This document shows, piece after piece, positions 27,791 through 36,985 of a DNA stretch of 64,000 nucleotides (position 1 is the first letter of the stretch; the number at the start of each line of letters is the position of its first letter). This DNA is from a bacterium. GTDB lineage: Bacteria; Zixibacteria; MSB-5A5; GN15; FEB-12. The translations under genes and the position numbers were made by a program. The stretch is from contig JADJGQ010000001.1 of assembly GCA_016708025.1 (NCBI GenBank), positions 515,153-579,152 on the forward strand, written 5' to 3'. Below the pieces are notes generated by a model that saw nothing but the letters and a program-made list of their open reading frames with translations, did no database searches and was not told where the DNA came from.

Positions 27791-29125
27791 CTAGCGCATT
27801 GGTCCCCAAGTGGGGTTTGTACAGTCGCCCGTGCGGGTCAGACGTCGCTGATTGCGACCGCTGATATCCGCCGTAAAGAGATCTCCGGTCCCGAGACGGG
27901 TGGACGAGAAGATGATATGCTTCCCATCCGGAGAGAAGTGGGGGTTCTCATTGGTGCCGAGGTCGGTCAGAATGCGATAGCCCTCGCCGGAAGTATCTAT
28001 TGAGGCGAGGTCAAATCGCCCACGGGGAGTACGACTTACGAAAGTCACTCGGTTCCCCTTGGCGGACCAGATCGGCGAATCATTGTAGTCCCCCTCCGGG
28101 GTCAACCGACGAACATTCGCCCCAAAGATGTCCATCATATAGACCTGCGGCGAGCCGGAACGATCCGAAGTGAAGGCGATCATCTTGCCATCGGGTGACC
28201 AGGTTGGGGAAGTGTCAATTGAGCGGTGATTGGTCAGCCGTCGCACGACATTTCCCTGACGGTCCAGCAGGTAGATCTCCGAGTTACCGTCTTTGGAGAG
28301 AACGCAGGCAATCAAGCTCCCATCGGGCGAGATGGCGGGGGCGGCGACGATGCCGGGAAACCCGGCAACTTTGGTCGGTTTGCCACCATCGACAGACGTG
28401 CGATAAAGGTGTGGTTCACCCCCTAAGTAGCTGGTGAAATAGACCTCGGAGCCATCGGGAGAGAAAGTCGGCGACAGGTTGATCGTACCGGTCTTGGTTA
28501 TCTGGCGTTCGTTGGCCCCATCGTAATCGGCAACAAATATCTCTTTGGCTTTCCCTATTTTTCGAATGTAGGCGATTTGTGTCAGAAAAGGACCCTGATC
28601 GCCGGTAAGCGTGCGGACGATCTCGTTTGAAGCGAGGTGTGCGACCGTTCGCCAGGCGAAGCGGTCGTTTTCGATAGTCCCTTTGGAGATCTCCTGTTCC
28701 GGAGAAGTGTCATACAGGCGCCAGATGAGGCGGAATTTGGATCCCAAGAATTCGGCTTCGAGTCGCACCAGATAATCCGCTCCGAGGCGTGCCCATCCGA
28801 GCATATCGAGCTCAGTGATCTCGTAGGTGCGAAGGTAAAAGCTGTCGATCATCACGATATCAAGTTCGCCATAGAAGTCGATATCTCGCTGTATCACGCC
28901 AGTCGCATATTGCATGATGGTTGAATCGGCGGCGGAGATATAGGTGGTGCCGACATATTTCATCTCCTCAACACCGACTTGTCGGGGCTTGACGTTGCTT
29001 GTGGAGATTGTGTCAAAGCGGCGCTGATTGAAATCTTCTTGGGCAAACACTCCGCTAGACAGGATTACGAGTAACGAAGCAACAAGAAATGTAATTAAAC
29101 GAACTGACATATTACCTCGGTTCAT
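27791..29125 (-). CDS. tolB: Tol-Pal system beta-propeller protein TolB
   Basis: Signal peptide and an N-terminal TolB domain. Repeated propeller blades follow: PTFSPDGSEVYFTS, PAISPDGSLIACV, PTWSPDGKMIAFTSDRSGSPQVYMM and PHFSPDGKHIIFSS. Confidence 0.9.
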   Translation of the reverse strand: MNRGNMSVRLITFLVASLLVILSSGVFAQEDFNQRRFDTISTSNVKPRQVGVEEMKYVGTTYISAADSTIMQYATGVIQRDIDFYGELDIVMIDSFYLRTYEITELDMLGWARLGADYLVRLEAEFLGSKFRLIWRLYDTSPEQEISKGTIENDRFAWRTVAHLASNEIVRTLTGDQGPFLTQIAYIRKIGKAKEIFVADYDGANERQITKTGTINLSPTFSPDGSEVYFTSYLGGEPHLYRTSVDGGKPTKVAGFPGIVAAPAISPDGSLIACVLSKDGNSEIYLLDRQGNVVRRLTNHRSIDTSPTWSPDGKMIAFTSDRSGSPQVYMMDIFGANVRRLTPEGDYNDSPIWSAKGNRVTFVSRTPRGRFDLASIDTSGEGYRILTDLGTNENPHFSPDGKHIIFSSTRLGTGDLFTADISGRNQRRLTRTGDCTNPTWGPMR

Positions 29126-29795
29126 ACTTGAAGGGGACAGTAAAGCCGACTATCTCATCGGCGAATTCGCGGGGGAGTGGTGGAAACGGATTGGATCGTT
29201 CGACCGCGTTCACACAGGCCTCATCAAAGAGATCAGAGCCGGACGATTGTTCGACACTGACTTCCATCACTCGACCGGAGCGGAGGACCTGGAAGGAGAG
29301 GAGACAAACCAACGTCCCCTCAGCATCGACGGGGTTACGCCAGTTGGATGCGATCTTGTTGAAGGCTTGGTCAAACCAATAGGGATAATCGAAATTGCTG
29401 TTGTCGACCGTCGCTCCGGCAAAGGGGGAGCCGGCGGAAGTAGCGTCTGTCTCGATCTCTTTTTCCTGATAATCTTTGGCGAGGGCGGCGGCTTCTTCTT
29501 CGGGGCGGACACCGCGCTTTTTCGGCTTTGGTTTTTCAGTCTTCTTCTTCGCGGTTTTGGTCGGTATTGCCTTGGAATTAGCGGCGGGTTTGGCGACTGG
29601 CTGTGGTTGCGTTATTGCCTGACTGGGAGCGGTAGCGGCCGGTTTTTGCGCAGGCATTCCCAGGGTAGTGGATCGGACGGAGATCTTGATGACATCATCC
29701 GGGTCGATCTTCCCCTGTCCAAATGGCATAGAGATGACCGTGGCGGCGATCACCAATACGTGGAGAAGGACTGAGAGGATGATGTCGCGCTTCAC
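29112..29795 (-). CDS. TonB/TolA-like energy-transducing protein
   Basis: N-terminal anchor ILSVLLHVLVIAATV and a Pro/Lys/Ala-rich linker. The C-terminal TonB-type domain includes YPYWFDQAFNKIASNW...GRVMEVSVEQSSGSDLFDEACVNAVERSNPFPPLP. It occupies the tolA position in the cluster. Confidence 0.7.
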   Translation of the reverse strand: MKRDIILSVLLHVLVIAATVISMPFGQGKIDPDDVIKISVRSTTLGMPAQKPAATAPSQAITQPQPVAKPAANSKAIPTKTAKKKTEKPKPKKRGVRPEEEAAALAKDYQEKEIETDATSAGSPFAGATVDNSNFDYPYWFDQAFNKIASNWRNPVDAEGTLVCLLSFQVLRSGRVMEVSVEQSSGSDLFDEACVNAVERSNPFPPLPREFADEIVGFTVPFKYEPR

Positions 29796-29797
29796 GA

Positions 29798-30232
29798 TTA
29801 CCTCTTGGTGGTCGCTTTGCGCTGGCGTTCGGACTGACCGGTCACCAGACCGATATCTTCGACTCCGGCAGCTTTCACCCGACCGATCACGTCAATAGCG
29901 AATCCGTAGGCGACAGATGAATCACCGCGAATGAAAACGGACTTGGTACCTTTGGCAGCCATCTCTTTCTTGAGTGCTTCTTCGAAGCTTTCGAGTTTCG
30001 ACCAGACGTCATTGATATAAATGCCGCCTTTGCGATCAATGGAGATGACCACGCCATCGGCATCCTGATCCACCGGTGCGGCATTGGTCTTGGGGAGATT
30101 AACATCGATCCCCGACTGAAGTAACGGGGCGGAGATCATGAAGATGATCAACAACACCAGGACAACATCAACCAGATTGGCGATATTGATGTCTGCCATT
30201 TGGTGGTATCCACGCTTGGGGGGGCGACGCAT
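29798..30232 (-). CDS. tolR: Biopolymer transport protein ExbD/TolR
   Basis: INIANLVDVVLVLLIIFMISAP TM helix with the conserved Asp. The start overlaps the tolQ stop. Confidence 0.85.
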   Translation of the reverse strand: MRRPPKRGYHQMADINIANLVDVVLVLLIIFMISAPLLQSGIDVNLPKTNAAPVDQDADGVVISIDRKGGIYINDVWSKLESFEEALKKEMAAKGTKSVFIRGDSSVAYGFAIDVIGRVKAAGVEDIGLVTGQSERQRKATTKR

Positions 30233-30945
30233 CAGAGCGCTTCCTTCTTGGCACGGGCGAGGAATTCGAGAATGAATCCGGAAGCGGCGTCATGCAGGAA
30301 CTTGGTTTTGCTGTTGGCCCAGTTGAATCCGATTACCGCCGGAATAGCGGCGCCGAGTCCGACGATGGTGGCAAGGAGCGCTTCGGCAATGCCGGGAGCG
30401 ACAACCGCGAGTGAGGCGGAGCCTCGCTCACCGATAGACCAGAAAGAATCCATGATCCCAACGACGGTTCCCAACAGACCCAGGAATGGCGCCGAGCTTG
30501 ATGTAGTGGCGAGGTAAACGACCAGACGTTCGAGTTTACCCATTTCCTCGGTCATGGTTTTTTCCATGGTCATTTCGAGGATGTCGAATTCTTTGTCGGT
30601 CAGGTTTTTCGCCTGGTGATTGGGGTTCCCCGAACCGCTCAGGGCGATCAGGGATGCGAGTTCATCGGTGCCGGCGCGGTAGATACCGGCCAGGGGAGAG
30701 CGGTGATGATTTTTGGCGGCGGCCATCACCTCGTCCAAACGTCGCGCATGCCGGAAGAATTGAAGGAATTTCTCGGTATCGCGGTCGACCGACTTGAATT
30801 GTCGCCACTTGTGAAAAATGACTATCCAGGAGATGATAGACATGGTCAGGAGGATGGCCAGAATGACTAAACCAAAGGTGGATGAGTCCTGGACGATCTT
30901 CCAGACGGAGCCTTGCAGGATGATTGGGCCAAGAGTGTGAATCAT
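30232..30945 (-). CDS. tolQ: MotA/TolQ/ExbB proton-channel protein
   Basis: Three TM helices. The C-terminal signature is LATTSSSAPFLGLLGTVVGIMDSF....GIAEALLATIVGLGAAIPAVIGFN. Confidence 0.85.
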   Translation of the reverse strand: MIHTLGPIILQGSVWKIVQDSSTFGLVILAILLTMSIISWIVIFHKWRQFKSVDRDTEKFLQFFRHARRLDEVMAAAKNHHRSPLAGIYRAGTDELASLIALSGSGNPNHQAKNLTDKEFDILEMTMEKTMTEEMGKLERLVVYLATTSSSAPFLGLLGTVVGIMDSFWSIGERGSASLAVVAPGIAEALLATIVGLGAAIPAVIGFNWANSKTKFLHDAASGFILEFLARAKKEAL

Positions 30946-31155
30946 AGCGATTTATACACAATTCTGCGGTAAAAGTTTGCATTTTAGTGGCTTAGCGCTA
31001 GCGCCGCCCTGTTCGCGGAGCAAGCTACGCCCCATTATATGAGAGGTCAACTAAAACCAAGCAAATGCCCGATCTGCTCCTGATTGTTTACACTTGACCG
31101 GGGACAAACTTCCCGGCTTTTTCACTGCCGGACTTACTTGTACCGAGGAGAGCAG

Positions 31156-31380
31156 ATGAAACGGATCAGCCTGGCCGCCCTGTTATTGATGCTTGCGCTG
31201 GGAGCGGGATGCGGAACCAAAGAGGATAAAGAAGTGGATACCCCTGCGGGACATCCCGATGAACTGCGGGATTCGACACGTCTTGACCCAGCAGTTGACA
31301 GCACCAAACCTGTTGATAGCACTAATGCGACGGGTGGGGAAGCTGCGCGACCAAAGAAGAAATACCGCTTCAGCAGTTGA
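31156..31380 (+). CDS. Small lipoprotein, hypothetical
   Basis: GAGGAGAG precedes ATG 31156. Lipobox LLLMLALGAGC is followed by a low-complexity polar sequence. A terminator follows the gene. Confidence 0.55.
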   Translation: MKRISLAALLLMLALGAGCGTKEDKEVDTPAGHPDELRDSTRLDPAVDSTKPVDSTNATGGEAARPKKKYRFSS

Positions 31381-31401
31381 TATATGGACTGCCTCTAAAT
31401 G

Positions 31402-31437
31402 AAAAAGGGATCTCGTGTGAGATCCCTTTGTGATATT
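31402..31437. terminator. Bidirectional rho-independent terminator
   Basis: Perfect 11-bp stem AAAGGGATCTC (31404-31414) / GAGATCCCTTT (31419-31429) with loop GTGT. It lies between convergent genes. Confidence 0.6.
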
Positions 31438-31448
31438 CGCAGAAGCGA

Positions 31449-32585
31449 TCACCCCTCGATCATTTCGACATTGGCGCGCGGAACAATGGCCCGTTTGCCG
31501 TCATCGAATTCAACCTCAAGAATACGTGCCTTTGACTCTGATTCCAGAATCTGGAGCGGAGCGGGGAGATCGGTTACTTTGCCGAGTTGGCCGAAATACG
31601 GGTGGCGAATAACACGTATCGGCGAACCGATCTTGAGTCCTTCGACCGGAATTTCGCTTTTCGCCTGCTTTGGGTCGATCTGAGATGCCGCCGGGATCAC
31701 TACTTCGGGGCGAATCACGCCGGCGCGGATCTGAGTTGCGCCGTTGATGCAGGCCATCTGCCCCTCGTGGCGCTTGAGAAGCTCAAACGTCTTCAGAGCC
31801 ATGTTAATCTGACCAAACCCCTCGGTCACGACCAAAGTTGTGATAGTATCTTCGGAGCCGGTGATAGCGACGCCAATGTCGTAGCCGAGGAAGTCGCGAA
31901 GATCCTTGTCATCAAAGCCCCCGACAACAATGCCGCGAACGCCGATCTGGATCGCTTTGCGTAAGGCGGCGGCCGTCACCAGAGAGCCACCGACAATGAT
32001 GTGACCTTTGTGGGCTTCGTTAATCAGATTGTCGGAAAGGACAGTTTTGTTGTCAGCAGTGACCACTTTGAGCGGACCATGGGTTTCGCCGCCGATGCCA
32101 AAGATTCCCTGCACAAACCCGGCGATGCAAGTGACCACGACACCTTCACGGGGAAGAACCTCGGTCACTTCACCCATAACATACGCTTTCACCTCGACAG
32201 GTGTGGGCAAACCCCTCTGCAGAACCTGGCCGGTGATGTGCGAGACGGACTCGATAGTGCCCTCGATGGTAGCTTCACACTTGTTTCCACCCAGAAACTT
32301 GAGACCAAAAAGCGGCTTCGACTGAGCGACCGGTTCACCAGCCTTGATCTGGTCACCGGGCTTTTTCAGCATGACGGTTTCCAGGTCTTCTGGCGGGATC
32401 CCCATCTTGTTGGCGACGTTAAGCGGCACAACCGCACCGGGAAGCAGGGTCCTGGCCACCACCGTATCCGGGGTGACTTTGTCTCCGAGTTTGACCAGCA
32501 CATCTCCCTTGAGCGGAAGGATGCGGTGCTTACGGATGACCAGTTGGTCGGTTACTTTGAGTCCGGGTGTATACGCGTGGCCCAT
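31449..32585 (-). CDS. Conserved hypothetical protein, last gene of the GlmL-like operon
   Basis: 378-aa ORF (MGHAYTPGLKV...) with barrel-like N-terminal and C-terminal segments and a central GHIIVGGSLVTAAALRKAIQIGVRGIVVGG region. No catalytic motif recognised. Confidence 0.55.
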   Translation of the reverse strand: MGHAYTPGLKVTDQLVIRKHRILPLKGDVLVKLGDKVTPDTVVARTLLPGAVVPLNVANKMGIPPEDLETVMLKKPGDQIKAGEPVAQSKPLFGLKFLGGNKCEATIEGTIESVSHITGQVLQRGLPTPVEVKAYVMGEVTEVLPREGVVVTCIAGFVQGIFGIGGETHGPLKVVTADNKTVLSDNLINEAHKGHIIVGGSLVTAAALRKAIQIGVRGIVVGGFDDKDLRDFLGYDIGVAITGSEDTITTLVVTEGFGQINMALKTFELLKRHEGQMACINGATQIRAGVIRPEVVIPAASQIDPKQAKSEIPVEGLKIGSPIRVIRHPYFGQLGKVTDLPAPLQILESESKARILEVEFDDGKRAIVPRANVEMIEG

Positions 32586-32600
32586 TGGGGTCCTTTCATC

Positions 32601-33368
32601 TCACGATTGCCGTTGTCTTTTTTTGCGTCGGGCGGCCAGGGCAATGATCAATATGACGACTACCGCGCCAGAGGTAGGCGCCCAAATAGCGGTCTTACTG
32701 CCCTTAGACTCCGTTGCTTTACTGATCTTGTCTGGGTCAGCGATCTTACTGGTCTCACGCGGAATGACCGACTGCACGTTTTCCGTCGTAAATGACGCCA
32801 CTACTGAACTGAGGACCGGCAGGTTGAGGGAGAAAGCGGAGTCGGTTGCGTAGTAGAAGTAGTTCGCAATCCCGCCCTCATAGAAATGCATGACGAGCAA
32901 GGTAGCTTTCCCGCCGGATGCCGAGTCGGCTTCTTCGGACAGCACAGCGGCAGTCTTAGAACTCGGGTCCCATGCGATCTTGCCGTACGAGAGATTGTTC
33001 AGCAGAGTGGCGGAAGGTTTGATCTCGCGGGGTTTCTCGAAAGTATCTTCGAACCCGACGATGATCGAGTCGATCTGCTTGTCGGTCAGCCCCGGAAGAG
33101 TGTCGACTGTCAGGATGAAGTAGCTGTCGTGATACCACGGTTCAGAGGCAGTAGGCGCGAAAACAGCTTCGTAATCAAGCGTGCGCCGACGAGCTCCTGC
33201 CTGGCGAAGGTACGCATCGACAGTCAGGTAATCTATCTGTTTCCACTCGGCCGGATACGAGATGTAGAACTTGCCGCGAAAACTGACGAAATTTTCGGCC
33301 AGCAGGGAACCAGACAGAAGCAGGATCGAGAGACTGAGTAGGACTCTTCGAATCATTGATTCTCCCAC
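32601..33368 (-). CDS. Hypothetical exported protein with a C-terminal membrane anchor
   Basis: Signal peptide VLLSLSILLLSGSLLA and a C-terminal TM GAVVVILIIALAA followed by RRKKRQRQS. It is located between the GlmL-like gene and the 378-aa ORF. Confidence 0.5.
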   Translation of the reverse strand: MGESMIRRVLLSLSILLLSGSLLAENFVSFRGKFYISYPAEWKQIDYLTVDAYLRQAGARRRTLDYEAVFAPTASEPWYHDSYFILTVDTLPGLTDKQIDSIIVGFEDTFEKPREIKPSATLLNNLSYGKIAWDPSSKTAAVLSEEADSASGGKATLLVMHFYEGGIANYFYYATDSAFSLNLPVLSSVVASFTTENVQSVIPRETSKIADPDKISKATESKGSKTAIWAPTSGAVVVILIIALAARRKKRQRQS

Positions 33369-33375
33369 TTTCCCG

Positions 33376-35229
33376 TTACTTCCCCGGGATCTCGGGGTAA
33401 ATGTTAAGGTCGGTCATCCAGGTACGGAGATATTTAACGCGTTCATCCTCGGTCAATGACGAGAGGTCGAACGGCCGACCGCGGCCATCGAGAATGATCC
33501 CGACCACACCGCCGTGCAGTTCGCGTTCGACTTTGGCGCCTTTGCCTGCGCCGAGGTCGTAGTTGCGTTCCGGTTCGAAGGTTGCTTTGACAACTTTCGG
33601 GAGGCCGTTTTCCTGTATGCCGAGCGGGATCAGTTTCATTTCGAGATGGTTGAGCGTGCCGGAGACAGTGCCTTCGGGAAGCTCGATACTATATTTCATC
33701 ACCGGGCCGGGTTTCTTGACTGTGCCGACGGGGGCAACACAGGTGCCGAGGTGAATGAGGCAGTCTTTTTCGAATACTTCAGTCGCGGCTTTCGGCTGGA
33801 CTTCAGTCAAGACACCAAGCTGCGGCATCATGAAGATCGAGTCGACCGCGAGGCGGGTGACACCTTCGGGAAGGAAGGAGTCGATCATCATGAGGGCCGA
33901 CTGCGAACGGCGCGGGGCATGCGAAAGTACACCGCCGGAGCCGATGAGCATATTCAGCGACATCATATTGACGATTGTCGCACCGGAGGCTGACTGCTCA
34001 AATGCGTCGGCGATCGTCCGCTGCTGCTGGACGCCTTTGAGGACGGTCGCGAAATTCTTGTGTTGGACGAACGCCAATCGGAGCGCTTCGCGCGCGATCG
34101 CCTGTTCGAAGATCAGTTCCTCGAGCGACTGCGGGATAGTGGTCGGGCGGATCATCTTGTTTTTGACGCGATTGCGCAGGTCGCGTTCATCCATCTTAAA
34201 CGGCACCCAGCGCATCACCATCGGCAAGGTAGCCTCGGCAAAGACGTTGGAGATGGAATAGGACATACCGAGGTTAGCCGAGACGGTTCGGTTGAAGACC
34301 GGAGTTTTTGAGTCCGGGCGGAATACGGAGAAAACGTCCGTGGTCGCGCCGCCGATATCAACGCCGACCGCCTCTATATTGTAAATGTCAGCAATGGTCT
34401 GAATAATGAGTCCGACAGCGCCGGGGGTTGGCATGATCGGGGCATCAGCCCAGGACATCAGCTTCTTGTATCCCGGGGCCTGCGCCATCACGTGCTCCAT
34501 GAATAACTCATGAATCTCTTCGCGGGCCGGGCCGAGGTTCTCTCGTTCAAGAACCGGGCGGAGATTGTCGACTACGCGAAGATCTACTTTGTCGGAGAGC
34601 GCTTCTTTGACTGCTTCGCGTGCGTCTTTGTTGCCTGCGTAGATGATCGGCAATTTGTAGCCAGTACCGAGGCGAGGGCGCGGGTCGGCTGCGGAGACCA
34701 ATTCGGCGATCTCTACCACGTGTGTGGTTGTGCCGCCGTCAATACCACCGGAGAGCAGGATCATATCAGGGCGAAGGTGTCGAATACGTTCGATCTGTTG
34801 GTGGGGGAGGCGCCTGTCGTTGGAAGCGATCACATCCATCACAATTGCCCCGGCGCCAAGGGCGGCACGTTCCGCGGATTCCGCGGTCATTGAACGAACC
34901 ACGCCAGCCACCATCATCTGCAAGCCGCCGCCGGCCGAGGAAGTCGAGATGTAGACGTCGGTTCCCACATTTCCCTTAGCGGGTGAGATGAATCGTCCCT
35001 GTTCATCGAGGATTTTGCGGCCGGACAGTTCTTCGAGTTCGTTCACGGCGTTGAGGACACCCATGGTGACGTCCTCGAATGGGGCTTCGACCGTAGTGGG
35101 TGCTTCGCCTCGGCTCAAAAGGCGATACTCGCCATTCACGAATTCGATAAGAATGGCTTTGGTGGTGGTGGAGCCGCAGTCGGTCGCGACAATGACTTTG
35201 ATATCTTCAGGTTTTGCGAACTTAGCCAT
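33376..35229 (-). CDS. GlmL/MutL-like ASKHA-fold ATPase (glutamate-mutase-L family)
   Basis: The N-terminal phosphate-1 motif VIVATDCGSTTTKAILIEF, plus later LLSGGIDGG and VGVDIGGATTDVFS motifs, are typical of the glutamate mutase accessory (GlmL) / hydantoinase-like family. ATG 35229 is preferred. Confidence 0.75.
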   Translation of the reverse strand: MAKFAKPEDIKVIVATDCGSTTTKAILIEFVNGEYRLLSRGEAPTTVEAPFEDVTMGVLNAVNELEELSGRKILDEQGRFISPAKGNVGTDVYISTSSAGGGLQMMVAGVVRSMTAESAERAALGAGAIVMDVIASNDRRLPHQQIERIRHLRPDMILLSGGIDGGTTTHVVEIAELVSAADPRPRLGTGYKLPIIYAGNKDAREAVKEALSDKVDLRVVDNLRPVLERENLGPAREEIHELFMEHVMAQAPGYKKLMSWADAPIMPTPGAVGLIIQTIADIYNIEAVGVDIGGATTDVFSVFRPDSKTPVFNRTVSANLGMSYSISNVFAEATLPMVMRWVPFKMDERDLRNRVKNKMIRPTTIPQSLEELIFEQAIAREALRLAFVQHKNFATVLKGVQQQRTIADAFEQSASGATIVNMMSLNMLIGSGGVLSHAPRRSQSALMMIDSFLPEGVTRLAVDSIFMMPQLGVLTEVQPKAATEVFEKDCLIHLGTCVAPVGTVKKPGPVMKYSIELPEGTVSGTLNHLEMKLIPLGIQENGLPKVVKATFEPERNYDLGAGKGAKVERELHGGVVGIILDGRGRPFDLSSLTEDERVKYLRTWMTDLNIYPEIPGK

Positions 35230-35463
35230 GAAATGGTCCGTCACCCTTTCGTAATTCCCTGCTATATGCTTAGGCTGCAATGCGATATCTGGCCCGTGTG
35301 GCAGTGCAGGCGGTGCTTTAGGCGGCCATTATAATACGAAGCACCCATGATGTAAAGCGATTTTCCCTTTCCGCCAATGGCTTAGAGGGGAGGCCCGAGG
35401 ATTTTGCATTCACACAGCGGGAGTGAATCATGTGAGCACCGACAGGGTCATGTGACTGATGTA

Positions 35464-35495
35464 ACATATTGCCAGTAAACCACTAGGCAATATGT
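35464..35495. promoter_or_regulatory. Operator-like perfect inverted repeat upstream of the 12-gene operon
   Basis: ACATATTGCC (35464-35473), 12 nt, then GGCAATATGT (35486-35495). It is preceded by the direct repeat TCATGTGA at 35428-35435 and 35448-35455. Confidence 0.35.
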
Positions 35496-35511
35496 GAAAT
35501 CGATTTTCTCC

Positions 35512-35540
35512 TTGACTTGGAGCTCCGTGAAAAATAGATT
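35512..35540 (+). promoter_or_regulatory. Sigma70-like promoter candidate for the 12-gene operon
   Basis: TTGACT (35512-35517), a 17-nt spacer, then TAGATT (35535-35540). This would give a 5' leader of about 155 nt before the first ORF. Confidence 0.35.
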
Positions 35541-35702
35541 CAGACCCAAGCCGCCGGTTGCGGCTCTTTCCGACATCGTTCGCCCAAGTACTGGTTTCTA
35601 CCGGGAATTGACTTGATACGAAGCGGCTTACGAACGTCCTAGACAGCAGAGGATCGATACACACGGCGTAGGACCGATTACACAGAGCTTGGGACTAGAC
35701 CA

Positions 35703-36983
35703 TTGACTTTGCCGAAGACTCATTTCGACCACCTGTCTTATATTGTGGTCGTTTTTGTTGCCGCATTTTGCTTAAACCAGACTATCGTGAGTCCGGTTTT
35801 TGCCCAGTCTGCTGCGGTGACGGATACAGCCCAGATCATCGCTGAAATAGCCGCTCCTCCGTCAGAATTCATCCCCCCTGCACCACAGAACGTCATAGTC
35901 TCAGACAATCCCAATGACGATGGTCATGCGATTTTGATCAGGTGGGATTCGGTGGCGACCGACCAGGCTGGGTTGGTTGACCGGTACGAGATCTGGCGTG
36001 CGGCGGCAAGTAACGGCACAGCCGGCGAGTTCACGAATTTAGGCGATGTCGCCATGGGGACATACGTTTTCCGTGATGGTCAGGCCAACGAGGGTCAGTC
36101 CTACTATTACAAAGTGTATGCGGTCAATGATTCGGCCGCGAATGGTTCACCCGTCTGGGCATTGACGGCGGAATCCGAGATCGCCGGACCGGGAACGCCA
36201 GTCGCTCAGTGGTTTGACATGCAACGGATTAACGTGTTTGTCGGCGTGTTGCTGCTCTGCGCATTTATCATATTCTACATTATGCAGGCCCGTTCGGGGA
36301 AAACGCTGTTCATCCGCAAGATCGCCGGACTTGAGGCGGTTGATGAAGCCGTGGGCCGTGCGACTGAGATGGGGAGGAAGATCTACTTCATTCCCGGATC
36401 GCAGGATATGGATCAAGTTCAGACAATTGCCGGTATCACTATACTTGGTCGCGTCGCTGAAATGGCGGCGCAATACGAGACGAAATTGGATGTGCCGGTT
36501 TCGCGTTCACTGGTGATGGTGACCGCGCGCGAAGTGGTCAAAGAGGCGTATGCCAAAGCCGGACGGCCCGACTCGTTTCAGGAAGATCAGGTCCATTACC
36601 TGACTGACGATCAGTTTGGCTATGCCGCGGCGATCGACGGCATGGTGGTGCGTGAGAAGCCGGCCACTATCTTTATGATGGGGCTGTTTTATGCCGAGTC
36701 GCTGATCTTAGCGGAGACGGGGAATTCGGTCGGGGCGATCCAGATCGCCGGAACGGGTGAGCCATCCCAATTGCCGTTCTTTGTAGCCGCCTGCGATTAC
36801 ACTTTGATCGGTGAAGAACTGTTTGCGGCCTCGGCCTACTTGTCGCGAGAGCCGCGACAACTGGGGTCGTTAAAGGGGCAGGATGTCGGAAAGGGGCTGA
36901 TCCTGGTGGCGATCATCATAGGGATACTGCTCGAGACCTTTGAAATCTGGGATTTCTCCAGTCTATTCACGGTGATACAATAG
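35703..36983 (+). CDS. Module 1 subunit A: uncharacterised membrane protein (signal/anchor + Fn3-like ectodomain + conserved TM-flanked domain)
   Basis: Hydrophobic N-terminus IVVVFVAAFCLNQTIVSPVFAQS. Fn3-like pattern (PQNVIVSD..GHAILIRW..YEIWR..YYYKVYAV). TM helix VFVGVLLLCAFIIFYI. Conserved blocks LFIRKIAGLEAVDEAVGRATEMG, AESLILAETGNSVGAIQIAGT and PFFVAACDYTLIGEELFAASAYL are shared with A2 and A3. Start codon uncertain (TTG). Confidence 0.8.
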   Translation: MTLPKTHFDHLSYIVVVFVAAFCLNQTIVSPVFAQSAAVTDTAQIIAEIAAPPSEFIPPAPQNVIVSDNPNDDGHAILIRWDSVATDQAGLVDRYEIWRAAASNGTAGEFTNLGDVAMGTYVFRDGQANEGQSYYYKVYAVNDSAANGSPVWALTAESEIAGPGTPVAQWFDMQRINVFVGVLLLCAFIIFYIMQARSGKTLFIRKIAGLEAVDEAVGRATEMGRKIYFIPGSQDMDQVQTIAGITILGRVAEMAAQYETKLDVPVSRSLVMVTAREVVKEAYAKAGRPDSFQEDQVHYLTDDQFGYAAAIDGMVVREKPATIFMMGLFYAESLILAETGNSVGAIQIAGTGEPSQLPFFVAACDYTLIGEELFAASAYLSREPRQLGSLKGQDVGKGLILVAIIIGILLETFEIWDFSSLFTVIQ

Positions 36984-36985
36984 TT

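Noticed and set aside
29470-29640. Repetitive-looking DNA inside the tonB/tolA-like gene
   Set aside because: It encodes the Pro/Lys/Ala-rich periplasmic linker typical of TonB/TolA proteins. It is low-complexity coding sequence, not a tandem repeat or CRISPR-like array.
35430-35455. Two minimal start-stop units (ATGTGA) in the operon control region, the first with a GGGAG upstream
   Set aside because: They are part of the TCATGTGA direct repeat and lie upstream of the predicted promoter. A protein-binding repeat is the simpler reading, and nothing in the sequence shows they are transcribed.
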